Positions 1 through 8,686 of a stretch of 64,000 nucleotides of DNA are shown here, one piece after another; the stretch's first letter is position 1, and every line of letters starts with the position of its first letter. The notes beneath the pieces are model-generated. The model was not told where the DNA came from. It searched no databases and was given only the letters and a program-made list of their open reading frames with translations. Both the position numbers and the translations under genes were made by a program. The stretch lies in contig CAWGYD010000006.1 in assembly GCA_963826785.1 (NCBI GenBank), positions 736,001 through 800,000 on the forward strand, in the 5' to 3' direction. Origin of the DNA: an uncultured delta proteobacterium (GTDB taxonomy: Bacteria; Desulfobacterota; Desulfobacteria; Desulfobacterales; Desulfosalsimonadaceae).

Positions 1-10
1 GCGTTTCGGG

Positions 11-772
11 TCAGAGTGGTGGGGTGGAAGAACTGCCTTCCTGCCGTTTGAAACTGTCGATCAGGGAATACACCCATGGCCTAAAGGCGATCAACAGGCC
101 GGTGTTTCGGCTCTGGTCCGCGGGGAGGGTCTTGTCAATCTCGGTAAGGTCATTATATTCCTTGAGCAGGTGGTCGATTTTCTTGAGCATGAGCGCATGG
201 GCCTTTCCGGAGAGCTTGCCCGTTTCAAACCGCAGCCGCTCGTCCGCCTGGTCGAAGGCCGTGCTTAAAAATTCGTCCTTGATGCGCGCCTCGTGCATCC
301 GGGTAATGGGCCCGTTTTTCAGCCAGGCGATGTTTTTCTGGGTCAGCAGGCGGACCTTGTTGTCTGGATGCAGTTCGATCAGTTTCATCTTGTCCAATTC
401 CAGCAGAAACTGGAGGGATTCTTCTTCTGATACCCGGTAGTCCCGGACAATGCTGTCGGGCTCCCGGCCGGTGACCAGCAGGTAAAAAAACACCAGGAGC
501 TTGGGGTTTTCGGCGAGGGTGCTTTCCTGGGAAATCGTCAGTTGGCTCGGTCCGGCTTCGGCATTCAGGCTGAGTCTGGCCAGTTCATAGAAATTCACAT
601 CCAGCAGATTGCAGATCTCCTCCAGCCGTTTTACGGAAAATGTCTGTTCGGAAAACAGGCGTTTGACGCTGGCTTCACTCAGGTTCAGTTCCCGGGCCAC
701 ATGGCGGTAGGTCATTCCCTTGGCTTTGAGGCATTTTTTGATGGTATCGATCAGTTGGGCGGTCTGGCTCAT
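11..772 (-). CDS. XRE/Cro-C1 family helix-turn-helix transcriptional regulator
   Basis: N-terminal HTH 'LKAKGMTYRHVARELNLSEASVKRLFS'; divergent from the fab cluster. Confidence 0.85.
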   Translation of the reverse strand: MSQTAQLIDTIKKCLKAKGMTYRHVARELNLSEASVKRLFSEQTFSVKRLEEICNLLDVNFYELARLSLNAEAGPSQLTISQESTLAENPKLLVFFYLLVTGREPDSIVRDYRVSEEESLQFLLELDKMKLIELHPDNKVRLLTQKNIAWLKNGPITRMHEARIKDEFLSTAFDQADERLRFETGKLSGKAHALMLKKIDHLLKEYNDLTEIDKTLPADQSRNTGLLIAFRPWVYSLIDSFKRQEGSSSTPPL

Positions 773-1223
773 GGTAGATGTTCATCCTTTGAACAGGCGA
801 TGTACAATGCATGAGGGTTCACTGCCGCGTGGAAAAGAGACGCCAGAGAACCGCCTGCAAAAATATTGTCTTAATTGATCGGGGTTTACAAATTAAAGTC
901 TCAAACTGGCATGCATATTGTAAAAGAGAACCGGACAAAGGACGATTTTAATACATCGGGTATTATAATGCAATACGTAAAAAATTGGTATTGTGTGGCA
1001 TGCTCTTATATGAGATTTATTCGAACCGAACAGAATCCATCTGGAATCCACAGCGGCTGAACGAAAACCAGGATATCTGGTCAAGAACAAGGAAGGCGAA
1101 AATCTTAACCGAAAAAATATGTAAGGGTATTTTGAGGCGTAAAATTTTGGCCGGATGCAGATATTGAGCAAATAGAGAGTTTTGTTCAGCCACGACATAG
1201 CGCACGAGAAGAAGGGGACAACG

Positions 1224-2162
1224 ATGACCAAGGTAAAAACAGCAGCCGTATTTCCGGGGCAGGGGAGTCAGCGGCCCGGGATGGGCAAGGATTTTTATGA
1301 CAATATCCCGGTCAGCCGGGACACCTATGAAGCGGCCTCCGATGCACTGGGCTGGGATGTGGCGGCCCTTTGCTTCGGAAATGACGAGCGGATCAACCTG
1401 ACCGAATACGCGCAGCCCTGCATCCTGGCCACGGAGATCGCCATGTACCGGGGGCTTCAGGAAATGTACGGTTTCAGTGCGCAATATTTTGGTGGGCACA
1501 GCCTGGGCGAATACACGGCCCTGGTGGCGGCCGGCGCCATGGAGTTTGCGGATGCGCTGAAAACGGTTCAGCTCAGGGGCCGGCTGATGCAGGAAGCTTC
1601 CCCGCCCGGCGCAGGGGCCATGGCCGCAGTGATCACCGAGAACCTGGATGCCCGCATGATCCGAAGGGTGCTCGAAGGCCTCCCCATGGATGTGGCCAAC
1701 ATCAACTCCGCGGACCAGGTGGTGATCAGCGGGCAGGCCGACAGCATCGACATCGCTTCCGACCGGTTGAGAAAAGCAATGGATCCGGAAACACCTATGC
1801 GCATCGTCCCCTTAAATGTGTCCGCACCGTTTCACAGCCGTTTCATGGCCACCATCAGGGAAGCGTTTACCGATATTTTGAATTCAGTTTCTGCACGATT
1901 GGACGCCGACCTGGCCCGGCGCGTGACCTCCAATGTCACCGGCCGGTTCCATTCCGGCAATGTCAAGCAGGTCATCGAGGCGCTGGTCGCCCAGATCAGC
2001 AGCTCCGTCAACTGGCGGGACAACATGCAGGCCCTGTCTTCCAAAGCGGAAAAGATTTATGAAATCGGACCCAACCGGCCGCTCCGCAATTTTTTTACCA
2101 GCATCGGTGTGAACTGCCGGTCCATAACGACCTTATCCGCAGCCATGCGGGAATTCGCATAG
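1224..2162 (+). CDS. fabD: Malonyl-CoA:ACP transacylase
   Basis: FPGQGSQ, GHSLGEY and SAPFHS motifs; ATG at 1224 after AAGGGG. Confidence 0.95.
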   Translation: MTKVKTAAVFPGQGSQRPGMGKDFYDNIPVSRDTYEAASDALGWDVAALCFGNDERINLTEYAQPCILATEIAMYRGLQEMYGFSAQYFGGHSLGEYTALVAAGAMEFADALKTVQLRGRLMQEASPPGAGAMAAVITENLDARMIRRVLEGLPMDVANINSADQVVISGQADSIDIASDRLRKAMDPETPMRIVPLNVSAPFHSRFMATIREAFTDILNSVSARLDADLARRVTSNVTGRFHSGNVKQVIEALVAQISSSVNWRDNMQALSSKAEKIYEIGPNRPLRNFFTSIGVNCRSITTLSAAMREFA

Positions 2163-2172
2163 GGAGGATACC

Positions 2173-3108
2173 ATGAACTTTCATCCCGGTTTCTGGTCCA
2201 TCATCATCGGCGGTTCCGGCGGATTCGGGCTGGCCGCTGCCAGAAAGCTTGCGGCCCACGGAATGAACCTGTGCCTGGTGCACCGGGACCGCCGGGCGGT
2301 CATGGCCAAAATTGCGCCGGAATTTGAGAAGCTGCAGACCTTCGGCGTCAAGATCCGCACCTTCAACCTGGACGGGCTTTCCGCCGACGGAAGAACAAGG
2401 GTGCTCGATGCCATGGCCGAAGCGCTCGGGGACACCGGAAAGGTCCGGATGATCCTGCATGCGGTGGCGTTCGGAAATCTGAAGCTGCTGGCGCCCTATG
2501 AAGATGCCGGTGCGGCCGCCCGCGCCCGGAAAAAACTGGCTGCGGAAACCGGCGTATCCGCCGAAGCCCTGCACGACCTCATCGAAAAATCATTTGATGA
2601 GGGCATGGCCGCCCTGCATACCCTGGCCGACCCGCCGGATTACGGGGGCCGACAGTTCCTGGATGAAGAAGATTTTTCCCGCACCATCCATGCCATGGGC
2701 TCCAATGTCGTGGAATGGGTGCAGGACGTGTTTGCCCGAAATCTGTTTGCACCCGACGCCCGGGTGCTCAGCCTCACCAGCCAGGGCAACCGCACGGCCT
2801 GGCGGGGGTATGCCGCGGTGTCCGCCGCAAAGAGCGTCCTGGAGTCGGTCTCCCGGTCCATGGCCGTGGAGTTTGCCCCCTACGGCATCCGTTCAAATGT
2901 CATCCAGGCGGGGGTCACGGACACCGCCGCCCTGCAGGCCATCCCGGGCAGCCGTCAGATCAAGGCCAGCACGGTCTTGAGAAATCCCTTCGGCCGCCTG
3001 ACGACTCCGGAGGATGTGGCCGATGTGATCTATCTGCTCTGTCTGGATGAAGCCGCCTGGATCAATGGCGCCCTGATCTGCGCCGATGGGGGAGAGAGCA
3101 TCGCGTAA
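2173..3108 (+). CDS. SDR-family enoyl-ACP reductase (FabL/FabI-like)
   Basis: GGSGGFG Rossmann motif, YAAVSAAK (Yx6K) catalytic spacing, NPFGRLTTPEDVA; fab context. Confidence 0.8.
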   Translation: MNFHPGFWSIIIGGSGGFGLAAARKLAAHGMNLCLVHRDRRAVMAKIAPEFEKLQTFGVKIRTFNLDGLSADGRTRVLDAMAEALGDTGKVRMILHAVAFGNLKLLAPYEDAGAAARARKKLAAETGVSAEALHDLIEKSFDEGMAALHTLADPPDYGGRQFLDEEDFSRTIHAMGSNVVEWVQDVFARNLFAPDARVLSLTSQGNRTAWRGYAAVSAAKSVLESVSRSMAVEFAPYGIRSNVIQAGVTDTAALQAIPGSRQIKASTVLRNPFGRLTTPEDVADVIYLLCLDEAAWINGALICADGGESIA

Positions 3109-3140
3109 GAAGATTTGATTGCCTCGCAGCATCCGGAGGA

Positions 3141-3343
3141 ACACCCCCCTGCGCCCCCCTCAAGGGGGGAATAAAAAGGAGTACCCCTCCTTCGTCCCTT
3201 CAAGGGGAGAATCAAAAGGGGCGGGGAATTGCGTCTTCAAAAAAGCATATTTCACCGCATGGGAAATTCGTCCTAACAACATAAAATAACAAACCAATTT
3301 AAGTGAAGACCAATTCCCCCCTCGAGGGGGGCCGGGGGGGTGT
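3141..3343. repeat. Inverted pair of GC-rich REP-like palindromes with a third degenerate copy
   Basis: ACACCCCCCT..CCCCCTCAAGGGGGGAAT at 3141-3172, degenerate copy at 3183-3212, inverted copy at 3313-3343. Confidence 0.85.
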
Positions 3344-3422
3344 TTTTCCAAAAATCGGCAAAAAACCGGATGATCGCTTCCCCAAATCCCTGGAAAAGGA
3401 AAATGAATAAAGGACCGCAATT

Positions 3423-4013
3423 ATGAAGTACGCCCAGTTCCGTCAGCAGAACGCCTTTGATTTCGAGCAGCTGCTGGCGTTTTCATACGGCCGGCTCATC
3501 GAAGACCCGCCAGCCGATTTTGATGCCAAGCTGCCGGCCCCGCCGTTTCTGATGATGGACCGGATTTTGTCCATCGATAAAAAAGGAAGCCGTGGCCGGG
3601 TTGTGGCCGAGCAGGATATCCGCCTGGATGCCTGGTATTTCCAGTGCCATTTTCCGGGGGACCCGGTTCAGCCCGGGTGCCTTTGCGTGGATGCCGTCTG
3701 GCAGCTGCTCGGTTTTTACTGTGTCTGGAGTGGCGGCCTGGGCGCAGGCCGTGCCCTGGGATGCGAGGAGATCGTTTTTAACGGTCAGATCCGGCCCCAT
3801 AATAAGGTCGCCCGGTTTGAGGTCGATATCGTCCGGTTCCAGGACCTGAAGCAGGCAGGGACAAGCATCGGGATCGCCGATGGCGCCGTGTTTATCGACA
3901 ACGAACAGATTATGACCATCAAGCGCGCCCGCACCGGCATCTTCAGGGAGATTACCTATAAAGACTATCCGATGCGCTCGCTAAACTCCGTGGGCGGCAT
4001 CAGCGAGAAATGA
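3423..4013 (+). CDS. fabA: 3-hydroxydecanoyl-ACP dehydratase/isomerase
   Basis: LPAPPFLMMDRI and CHFPGDPVQPGCLCVDAVWQLLGFY (His...Asp dyad typical of FabA). Confidence 0.9.
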   Translation: MKYAQFRQQNAFDFEQLLAFSYGRLIEDPPADFDAKLPAPPFLMMDRILSIDKKGSRGRVVAEQDIRLDAWYFQCHFPGDPVQPGCLCVDAVWQLLGFYCVWSGGLGAGRALGCEEIVFNGQIRPHNKVARFEVDIVRFQDLKQAGTSIGIADGAVFIDNEQIMTIKRARTGIFREITYKDYPMRSLNSVGGISEK

Positions 4014-4031
4014 AAAACAAGCGGCGGCAGA

Positions 4032-4147
4032 ACACCCCCCCTGGCCCCCCTCACAGGTGGGTTTTCCAAATGGAAACAAGCCTGGGGATGGACATCCTAT
4101 CTGACCCTCCCCAACTCATTCCCCCCTCGAGGGGGGCAGGGGGGTGT
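4032..4147. repeat. Inverted pair of REP-like palindromes
   Basis: Degenerate copy at 4032-4061; ATTCCCCCCTCGAGGGGGGCAGGGGGGTGT at 4118-4147. Confidence 0.8.
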
Positions 4148-4197
4148 TTCGTTGCCGCGAGTCGATAAAAATCCAATCCGGTCATGTGAGGTTTTAA

Positions 4198-4938
4198 ATG
4201 AATGCTACAAAAGAAAAACCCGTTGCCATCGTCACCGGCGGCGCCAAGGGGATCGGCGCGGCCTGCTGCCGGGCATTGTCCGAAAAGGGATTTACGGTGG
4301 GCATCCACTTTAACAGCAGCGCAACGCCCGCAGAGAAACTTCTTGCGGCCATCGGCGGCAACGGCTTTCTGCTCCAGGCGGACCTGGCCGATCCGGACCC
4401 GGTGGACCGGATGGTGCGTGAAATCAAGGCGCAGGCCGGCCGGGTGGATGTGCTGATCAACAATGCCGGCATGTGCATCAATGACATGATCCTGACCATG
4501 AAGATCGAGTCGTTCGATGCCCAGCGCACCGTGCTGCGGGGGGCCTGGTACCTGACCAAGAAAATCCTGCGCACCTTCATGCTCCGCCAGTCCCAGGGCC
4601 GGATCATCAACATCTCCAGCGTGGTGGGGCACACCGGCAATGCCGGCCAGATCCCCTATTCCATGGAAAAAGCAGCCATGGACGCCATGACCAAATCATT
4701 GGCCCGGGAACTTGCCGGTCGGAATATCCTGGTGAACTCCGTGGCCCCCGGTTTTATCGACACGGACATGACCGCCGAACTCCCGGAGGATATCCGGGCG
4801 GGAATTCTTCAGAGCATCCCCCTGGGCCGCATGGGCACCCCGGAGGAAGTGGCCGAGGTGGTGGGATTTCTGGCCGAGTGCGGCAGCTACATCAACGGCA
4901 GCGTTCTTCATGTCAACGGGGGAATGTATGGCGGCTGA
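4198..4938 (+). CDS. fabG: 3-oxoacyl-ACP reductase
   Basis: TGGAKGIG, NNAG, SSVVG, YSMEK and APGFIDTDMT motifs. Confidence 0.9.
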   Translation: MNATKEKPVAIVTGGAKGIGAACCRALSEKGFTVGIHFNSSATPAEKLLAAIGGNGFLLQADLADPDPVDRMVREIKAQAGRVDVLINNAGMCINDMILTMKIESFDAQRTVLRGAWYLTKKILRTFMLRQSQGRIINISSVVGHTGNAGQIPYSMEKAAMDAMTKSLARELAGRNILVNSVAPGFIDTDMTAELPEDIRAGILQSIPLGRMGTPEEVAEVVGFLAECGSYINGSVLHVNGGMYGG

Positions 4939-5413
4939 TCAAAATATCGTTCAACAGGTGCTCGGCCTGGTTCCCCAGCAGCCGCCCTTTCGGTTCATTG
5001 ACGAGATTTTTGAAATCGATGAGCAGTCGATCACCGCAGGCTATCGATTCAGAAAAGACGAATCCTTTTATCCGGGCCATTTTCCGGGAAACCCCATCAC
5101 GCCCGGGGTGATCCTGGTCGAAACCATGGCCCAGACCGGCGTGGTCGCCCTGGGAATTTACCTGCTCCTGCGCCAGGGGCTTCCCGTCGAGGAAATCCGG
5201 CGGATTACCATGCTGTTTTCTTTTGCCGATGCCGTGGAGTTTACCGGGATCGTGCTGCCGGGCGAAAGCGTGGTCATTTCCGGAGAAAAACAGTACCTGC
5301 GCAAGGGAAATCTGAAAACAAAATGCAATATCCGGCGGGAGAACGGGGAGGCCGTGTGCAGCGCCACACTGACCGGCACCGGGATTATCAAATCCGCCAA
5401 GGAGTCGACATGA
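4928..5413 (+). CDS. fabZ: 3-hydroxyacyl-ACP dehydratase (FabZ-like)
   Basis: PQQPPFRFID and GHFPGNPITPGVILVE (His...Glu); overlaps fabG stop. Confidence 0.85.
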   Translation: MAADQNIVQQVLGLVPQQPPFRFIDEIFEIDEQSITAGYRFRKDESFYPGHFPGNPITPGVILVETMAQTGVVALGIYLLLRQGLPVEEIRRITMLFSFADAVEFTGIVLPGESVVISGEKQYLRKGNLKTKCNIRRENGEAVCSATLTGTGIIKSAKEST

Positions 5414-6681
5414 ATCAAAAACGAGTGGTTATCACCGGGATGGGGGTGGTCAGCCCCAACGGATGCGGACTGGATCAGTTTGAAAGCGCCCTGCGGGAAG
5501 GCCGGTCCGGCATCACCTTGATCCCGAAGCTGGAAAAACTCAACTTCGCCTGCCGGATCGGCGGAGTGCCCGGGGTGCTCAATGCCGCCGATTACGGCTT
5601 TAACGAGTCATTTCAGGCCTGCATGAACGACAATATCGGGTATGCGTCCGTGGCGGCCATGGAGGCCTGGCGCGACGCTGGCCTGGCCGTTGCCGGAGAG
5701 GACGGCGAAACCGACTGGGATTCGGGAACCATTTTCGGCTGCGGCATCTGCGGCATGGATACCATCGCCCAGATCATTCCCCTGGTCGATTCCGGAAAGG
5801 TCCGCCGCCTGGGATCCCAGGTGGTGGAGCGGGTGATGGGCAGCGGCATCAGCGCGCATATTGCCGGCCTGCTGGGGCTCGGAAACCAGGTGACCACCAA
5901 TTCATCGGCCTGCAGCACCGGAACCGAGGCGATCATCGATGCGGCCTTGCGCATCCGGGCGGGGCTTGCCCGGCGGATGGTGGCCGGCGGCGCAGAAGGG
6001 GCGTCTCCCTACAACTGGGGCGGCTTCGATTCCATGAGGGTGCTTTCCCGCAAGTTCAACGACGCCCCGGAAAAGGGTTCGCGGCCCATGAGCGCATCGG
6101 CCGGCGGCTTTGTGCCGGGTGCCGGGGCCGGCGCCCTGGTCCTGGAAGATCTGGAGACGGCGCAAAAACGCGGCGCCCGGATTTACGCGGAAATCAAGGG
6201 GGCGATGGTCAACTGCGGCGGGCAGCGCGGCGGCGGCTCCATGACCGCCCCGAACCCCGAAGGGGTGCGGCGCTGCATCCGGGGGGCATTGCATGACGCC
6301 GGGATCGGGGCAAAGGACATCGATCTGATCAGCGGGCATCTGACCGCAACCTTTGCGGACCCGCACGAGGTGATCAACTGGTCCGCGGCGCTGGACCGGG
6401 GACCGGACCGGTTTCCCCGTATCAACTCCACCAAATCGATGATTGGCCATTGCCTCGGCGCGGCCGGGGCCATCGAGACCGTGGCCGCCGTACTCGAACT
6501 TCACCGCGGATTTATCCATCCGTCCATCAACTGTGAAGATATCCACCCGGAAATCGAAGCGTTTAGCCATTGCGTCCCGCAAAAGCGCATGGATGCTCCG
6601 GAACTTAAAATCGCGGCCAAGGCCAGTTTCGGCTTCGGCGATGTCAACAGCTGTCTTATTTTAAAGAAGTGGGAAAGGTGA
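5410..6681 (+). CDS. Beta-ketoacyl-ACP synthase I/II (FabB/FabF family)
   Basis: RVVITGMG, SSACSTG, GHLTAT and KSMIGH (Cys-His-His triad), SFGFG. Confidence 0.92.
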   Translation: MNQKRVVITGMGVVSPNGCGLDQFESALREGRSGITLIPKLEKLNFACRIGGVPGVLNAADYGFNESFQACMNDNIGYASVAAMEAWRDAGLAVAGEDGETDWDSGTIFGCGICGMDTIAQIIPLVDSGKVRRLGSQVVERVMGSGISAHIAGLLGLGNQVTTNSSACSTGTEAIIDAALRIRAGLARRMVAGGAEGASPYNWGGFDSMRVLSRKFNDAPEKGSRPMSASAGGFVPGAGAGALVLEDLETAQKRGARIYAEIKGAMVNCGGQRGGGSMTAPNPEGVRRCIRGALHDAGIGAKDIDLISGHLTATFADPHEVINWSAALDRGPDRFPRINSTKSMIGHCLGAAGAIETVAAVLELHRGFIHPSINCEDIHPEIEAFSHCVPQKRMDAPELKIAAKASFGFGDVNSCLILKKWER

Positions 6682-6715
6682 CCGGGCCGGGTTTCATATA
6701 CGTGCCCCTTGGTAA

Positions 6716-6752
6716 AATCCCCCCCGCACCCCCTTTACGAAAGGGGGGAGAA
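6716..6752. repeat. Related REP-like palindrome (single copy)
   Basis: AATCCCCCCCGCACCCCCTTTACGAAAGGGGGGAG. Confidence 0.6.
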
Positions 6753-6816
6753 ATAGCAACACCAAAACGACTGAAGGTATATGGTTAAACAATTCAGAAT
6801 AAAGGAGTAACAACAG

Positions 6817-7074
6817 ATGGATACCAATGAAATCTTTGAAAAAGTAATCGAAATCATCCGGGCCTATGTCAAGGAACCGGAACGGCTGGAGAACGTGACC
6901 ATGGAAACCTCCATTATCAACGATCTTAAAGTCAACTCCGCCCGGCTGGTGGATATCATCATCAATTCCGAAGATGTTTTCGACATCGAGATCGATGACG
7001 ATGATGCCGACCAGATCCGGACCATCGGCGATGCGGTGCGGGTCGTCGAGCGCAAGAAGGTGGCGGCCCGGTAG
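6817..7074 (+). CDS. Acyl carrier protein (atypical NSARLVD motif)
   Basis: Acidic 85 aa; DLKVNSARLVDII..EDVFDIEI; AGGAG RBS. Confidence 0.9.
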   Translation: MDTNEIFEKVIEIIRAYVKEPERLENVTMETSIINDLKVNSARLVDIIINSEDVFDIEIDDDDADQIRTIGDAVRVVERKKVAAR

Positions 7075-7075
7075 C

Positions 7076-7816
7076 ATGGAGACGAAATCCCGCCGTTCCC
7101 TGCGTTTCCAGTATGCCATGGGGCGGGCGGCGGTCTTTATCGCCGCCCCCCTGGTTTTTCTGGCCATGAAAATCGCCGGATACCGGATCCGGGATCTGCG
7201 GCAGGTCCGGCAAAGGGTTCAAAAACTGATGGAGGGGCATCGGGGGCCCTGGCTGATCTGCGCCAATCATCTCACCCTGATCGATTCGGTGATCCTGGCC
7301 TATGCCATGTTCCCGGGATACCGCTACATGTTTCGCTATCAGCTGATGCCGTGGAACCTGCCGGAAAAGATGAACTTCAACCGCAGCAAGGCGGTCCGCA
7401 CGGCCTGCTACCTGAGCAAATGCATCCCGGTGGTGCGCGGCGGAGACCGCGGCGAGGTCAAAGCCACCCTGGAAAAGTGCGCTTTTTTGCTGTCTAAAGG
7501 CGAAAGCCTGATGATCTTTCCGGAAGGCACCCGGTCCAGAAGCGGGCGGGTCAATACCCGTGACTACCCCTACGGGGTGGGCCGCATGATCACCACCACT
7601 CCCGGCTGCCGGGTGATGTGCATTTATCTTCGGGGCGACGGACAGACCACCTACAGCAATTTTCCGAAATACCGGGAGAAATTTGATGTGCAGGTGGCGG
7701 AATGCCGGCCAAAGACCGCCTTCAGGGGGTTAAAAGCCCACCGGGAGTGTACCCGCCAGGTGATTTTGCAGCTTGCCGAAATGGAAAAGAATTATTTTGA
7801 ATCCCATCGGCAATGA
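7076..7816 (+). CDS. Lysophospholipid acyltransferase (PlsC-like)
   Basis: NHLTLID (HX4D) and FPEGTRS motifs. Confidence 0.88.
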   Translation: METKSRRSLRFQYAMGRAAVFIAAPLVFLAMKIAGYRIRDLRQVRQRVQKLMEGHRGPWLICANHLTLIDSVILAYAMFPGYRYMFRYQLMPWNLPEKMNFNRSKAVRTACYLSKCIPVVRGGDRGEVKATLEKCAFLLSKGESLMIFPEGTRSRSGRVNTRDYPYGVGRMITTTPGCRVMCIYLRGDGQTTYSNFPKYREKFDVQVAECRPKTAFRGLKAHRECTRQVILQLAEMEKNYFESHRQ

Positions 7817-8531
7817 CATCGTGGATGTAAAAGCGCCCGGAGCCGCGGGTAAAAGCGGGGATGTTCGCTTCCTGCGCCGGGTCCTTGGCCCTGATGAACA
7901 GCGGGCGGTGGCCGCCTCGGAAAATCCCGACCGGCTCCTGTGGGCATTCTGGGCCGCCAAGGAATCCGCCTACAAGGCCATCAGCAAAACTTTTCCGGGT
8001 ATCATATCCTCCCCCCTGCGCTATCCGGTCAACCTGGGTTTGCCGGATGCCGCAGGCGTCGTAAACGGAACGGTGCAAACCCCATGCGGTCCGGTGGCGG
8101 TGCGGATCCATCTGACTAAAGACCATGTTCACGGGATCGGGATGGTACAAGGATCAAAAAACCTGGATGATGTCGAGTGGGCCCTTGCGCAAATCCCGGC
8201 GGGTGAAATCGGCAGCCGATCAATATCTGAAACGGAATCTCAAATCGTGCGGAGGCTGGCCGGGCTGGGGATTGCAAAGCTCACAGGCCGCCCTTTCGAA
8301 GATATAGACATTATCCGGCAAAAATCACCCCTCGGTCCGGGACCGCCGGTTATCCGCTGCAAGGGCAAACCAATAGACATGGACATCAGTCTCAGCCATG
8401 ACGGTCGGTTCGTGGCCTGGGCGCTTTTATCGGGATTAGCTTCAATTCGGGGAGTACAACGTCATCGCATTAAAATCGGTACGCAGGGACACCCCCTGGC
8501 CCCCCTCGAGGGGGGAATAGTTAAATGCTAA
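7773..8531 (+). CDS. 4'-phosphopantetheinyl transferase
   Basis: IGNDIVD, WAAKESAYKA and ISLSHDG motifs; start uncertain (TTG 7773 or 7797); C-terminus runs into a REP-like repeat. Confidence 0.85.
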   Translation: MPKWKRIILNPIGNDIVDVKAPGAAGKSGDVRFLRRVLGPDEQRAVAASENPDRLLWAFWAAKESAYKAISKTFPGIISSPLRYPVNLGLPDAAGVVNGTVQTPCGPVAVRIHLTKDHVHGIGMVQGSKNLDDVEWALAQIPAGEIGSRSISETESQIVRRLAGLGIAKLTGRPFEDIDIIRQKSPLGPGPPVIRCKGKPIDMDISLSHDGRFVAWALLSGLASIRGVQRHRIKIGTQGHPLAPLEGGIVKC

Positions 8532-8647
8532 TAATGTTAGGAATGGGGGAAGGTCCTCATTCATGCAATCTGTAATTCAATAGCCCAGCCCACCCTCCCC
8601 CCGCAAGCCCCAGCCCAATCCCCCCTTGAGGGGGGCAAGGGGGGTGT
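8489..8647. repeat. Inverted pair of REP-like palindromes
   Basis: Copies at 8489-8518 and 8618-8647 in opposite orientation. Confidence 0.85.
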
Positions 8648-8686
8648 CGGACAGTTGGGCAGCCAATCATATCCAAGGAAGATAAA

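Noticed and set aside
907..921. Sigma-54 promoter for the fab cluster (TGGCAT-N5-TTGT)
   Set aside because: Weak match about 300 bp from fabD in AT-rich DNA; not enough support.
3141..8647. CRISPR array from recurring ~30-bp palindromes
   Set aside because: Copies are dispersed, inverted and irregularly spaced, with no cas genes.
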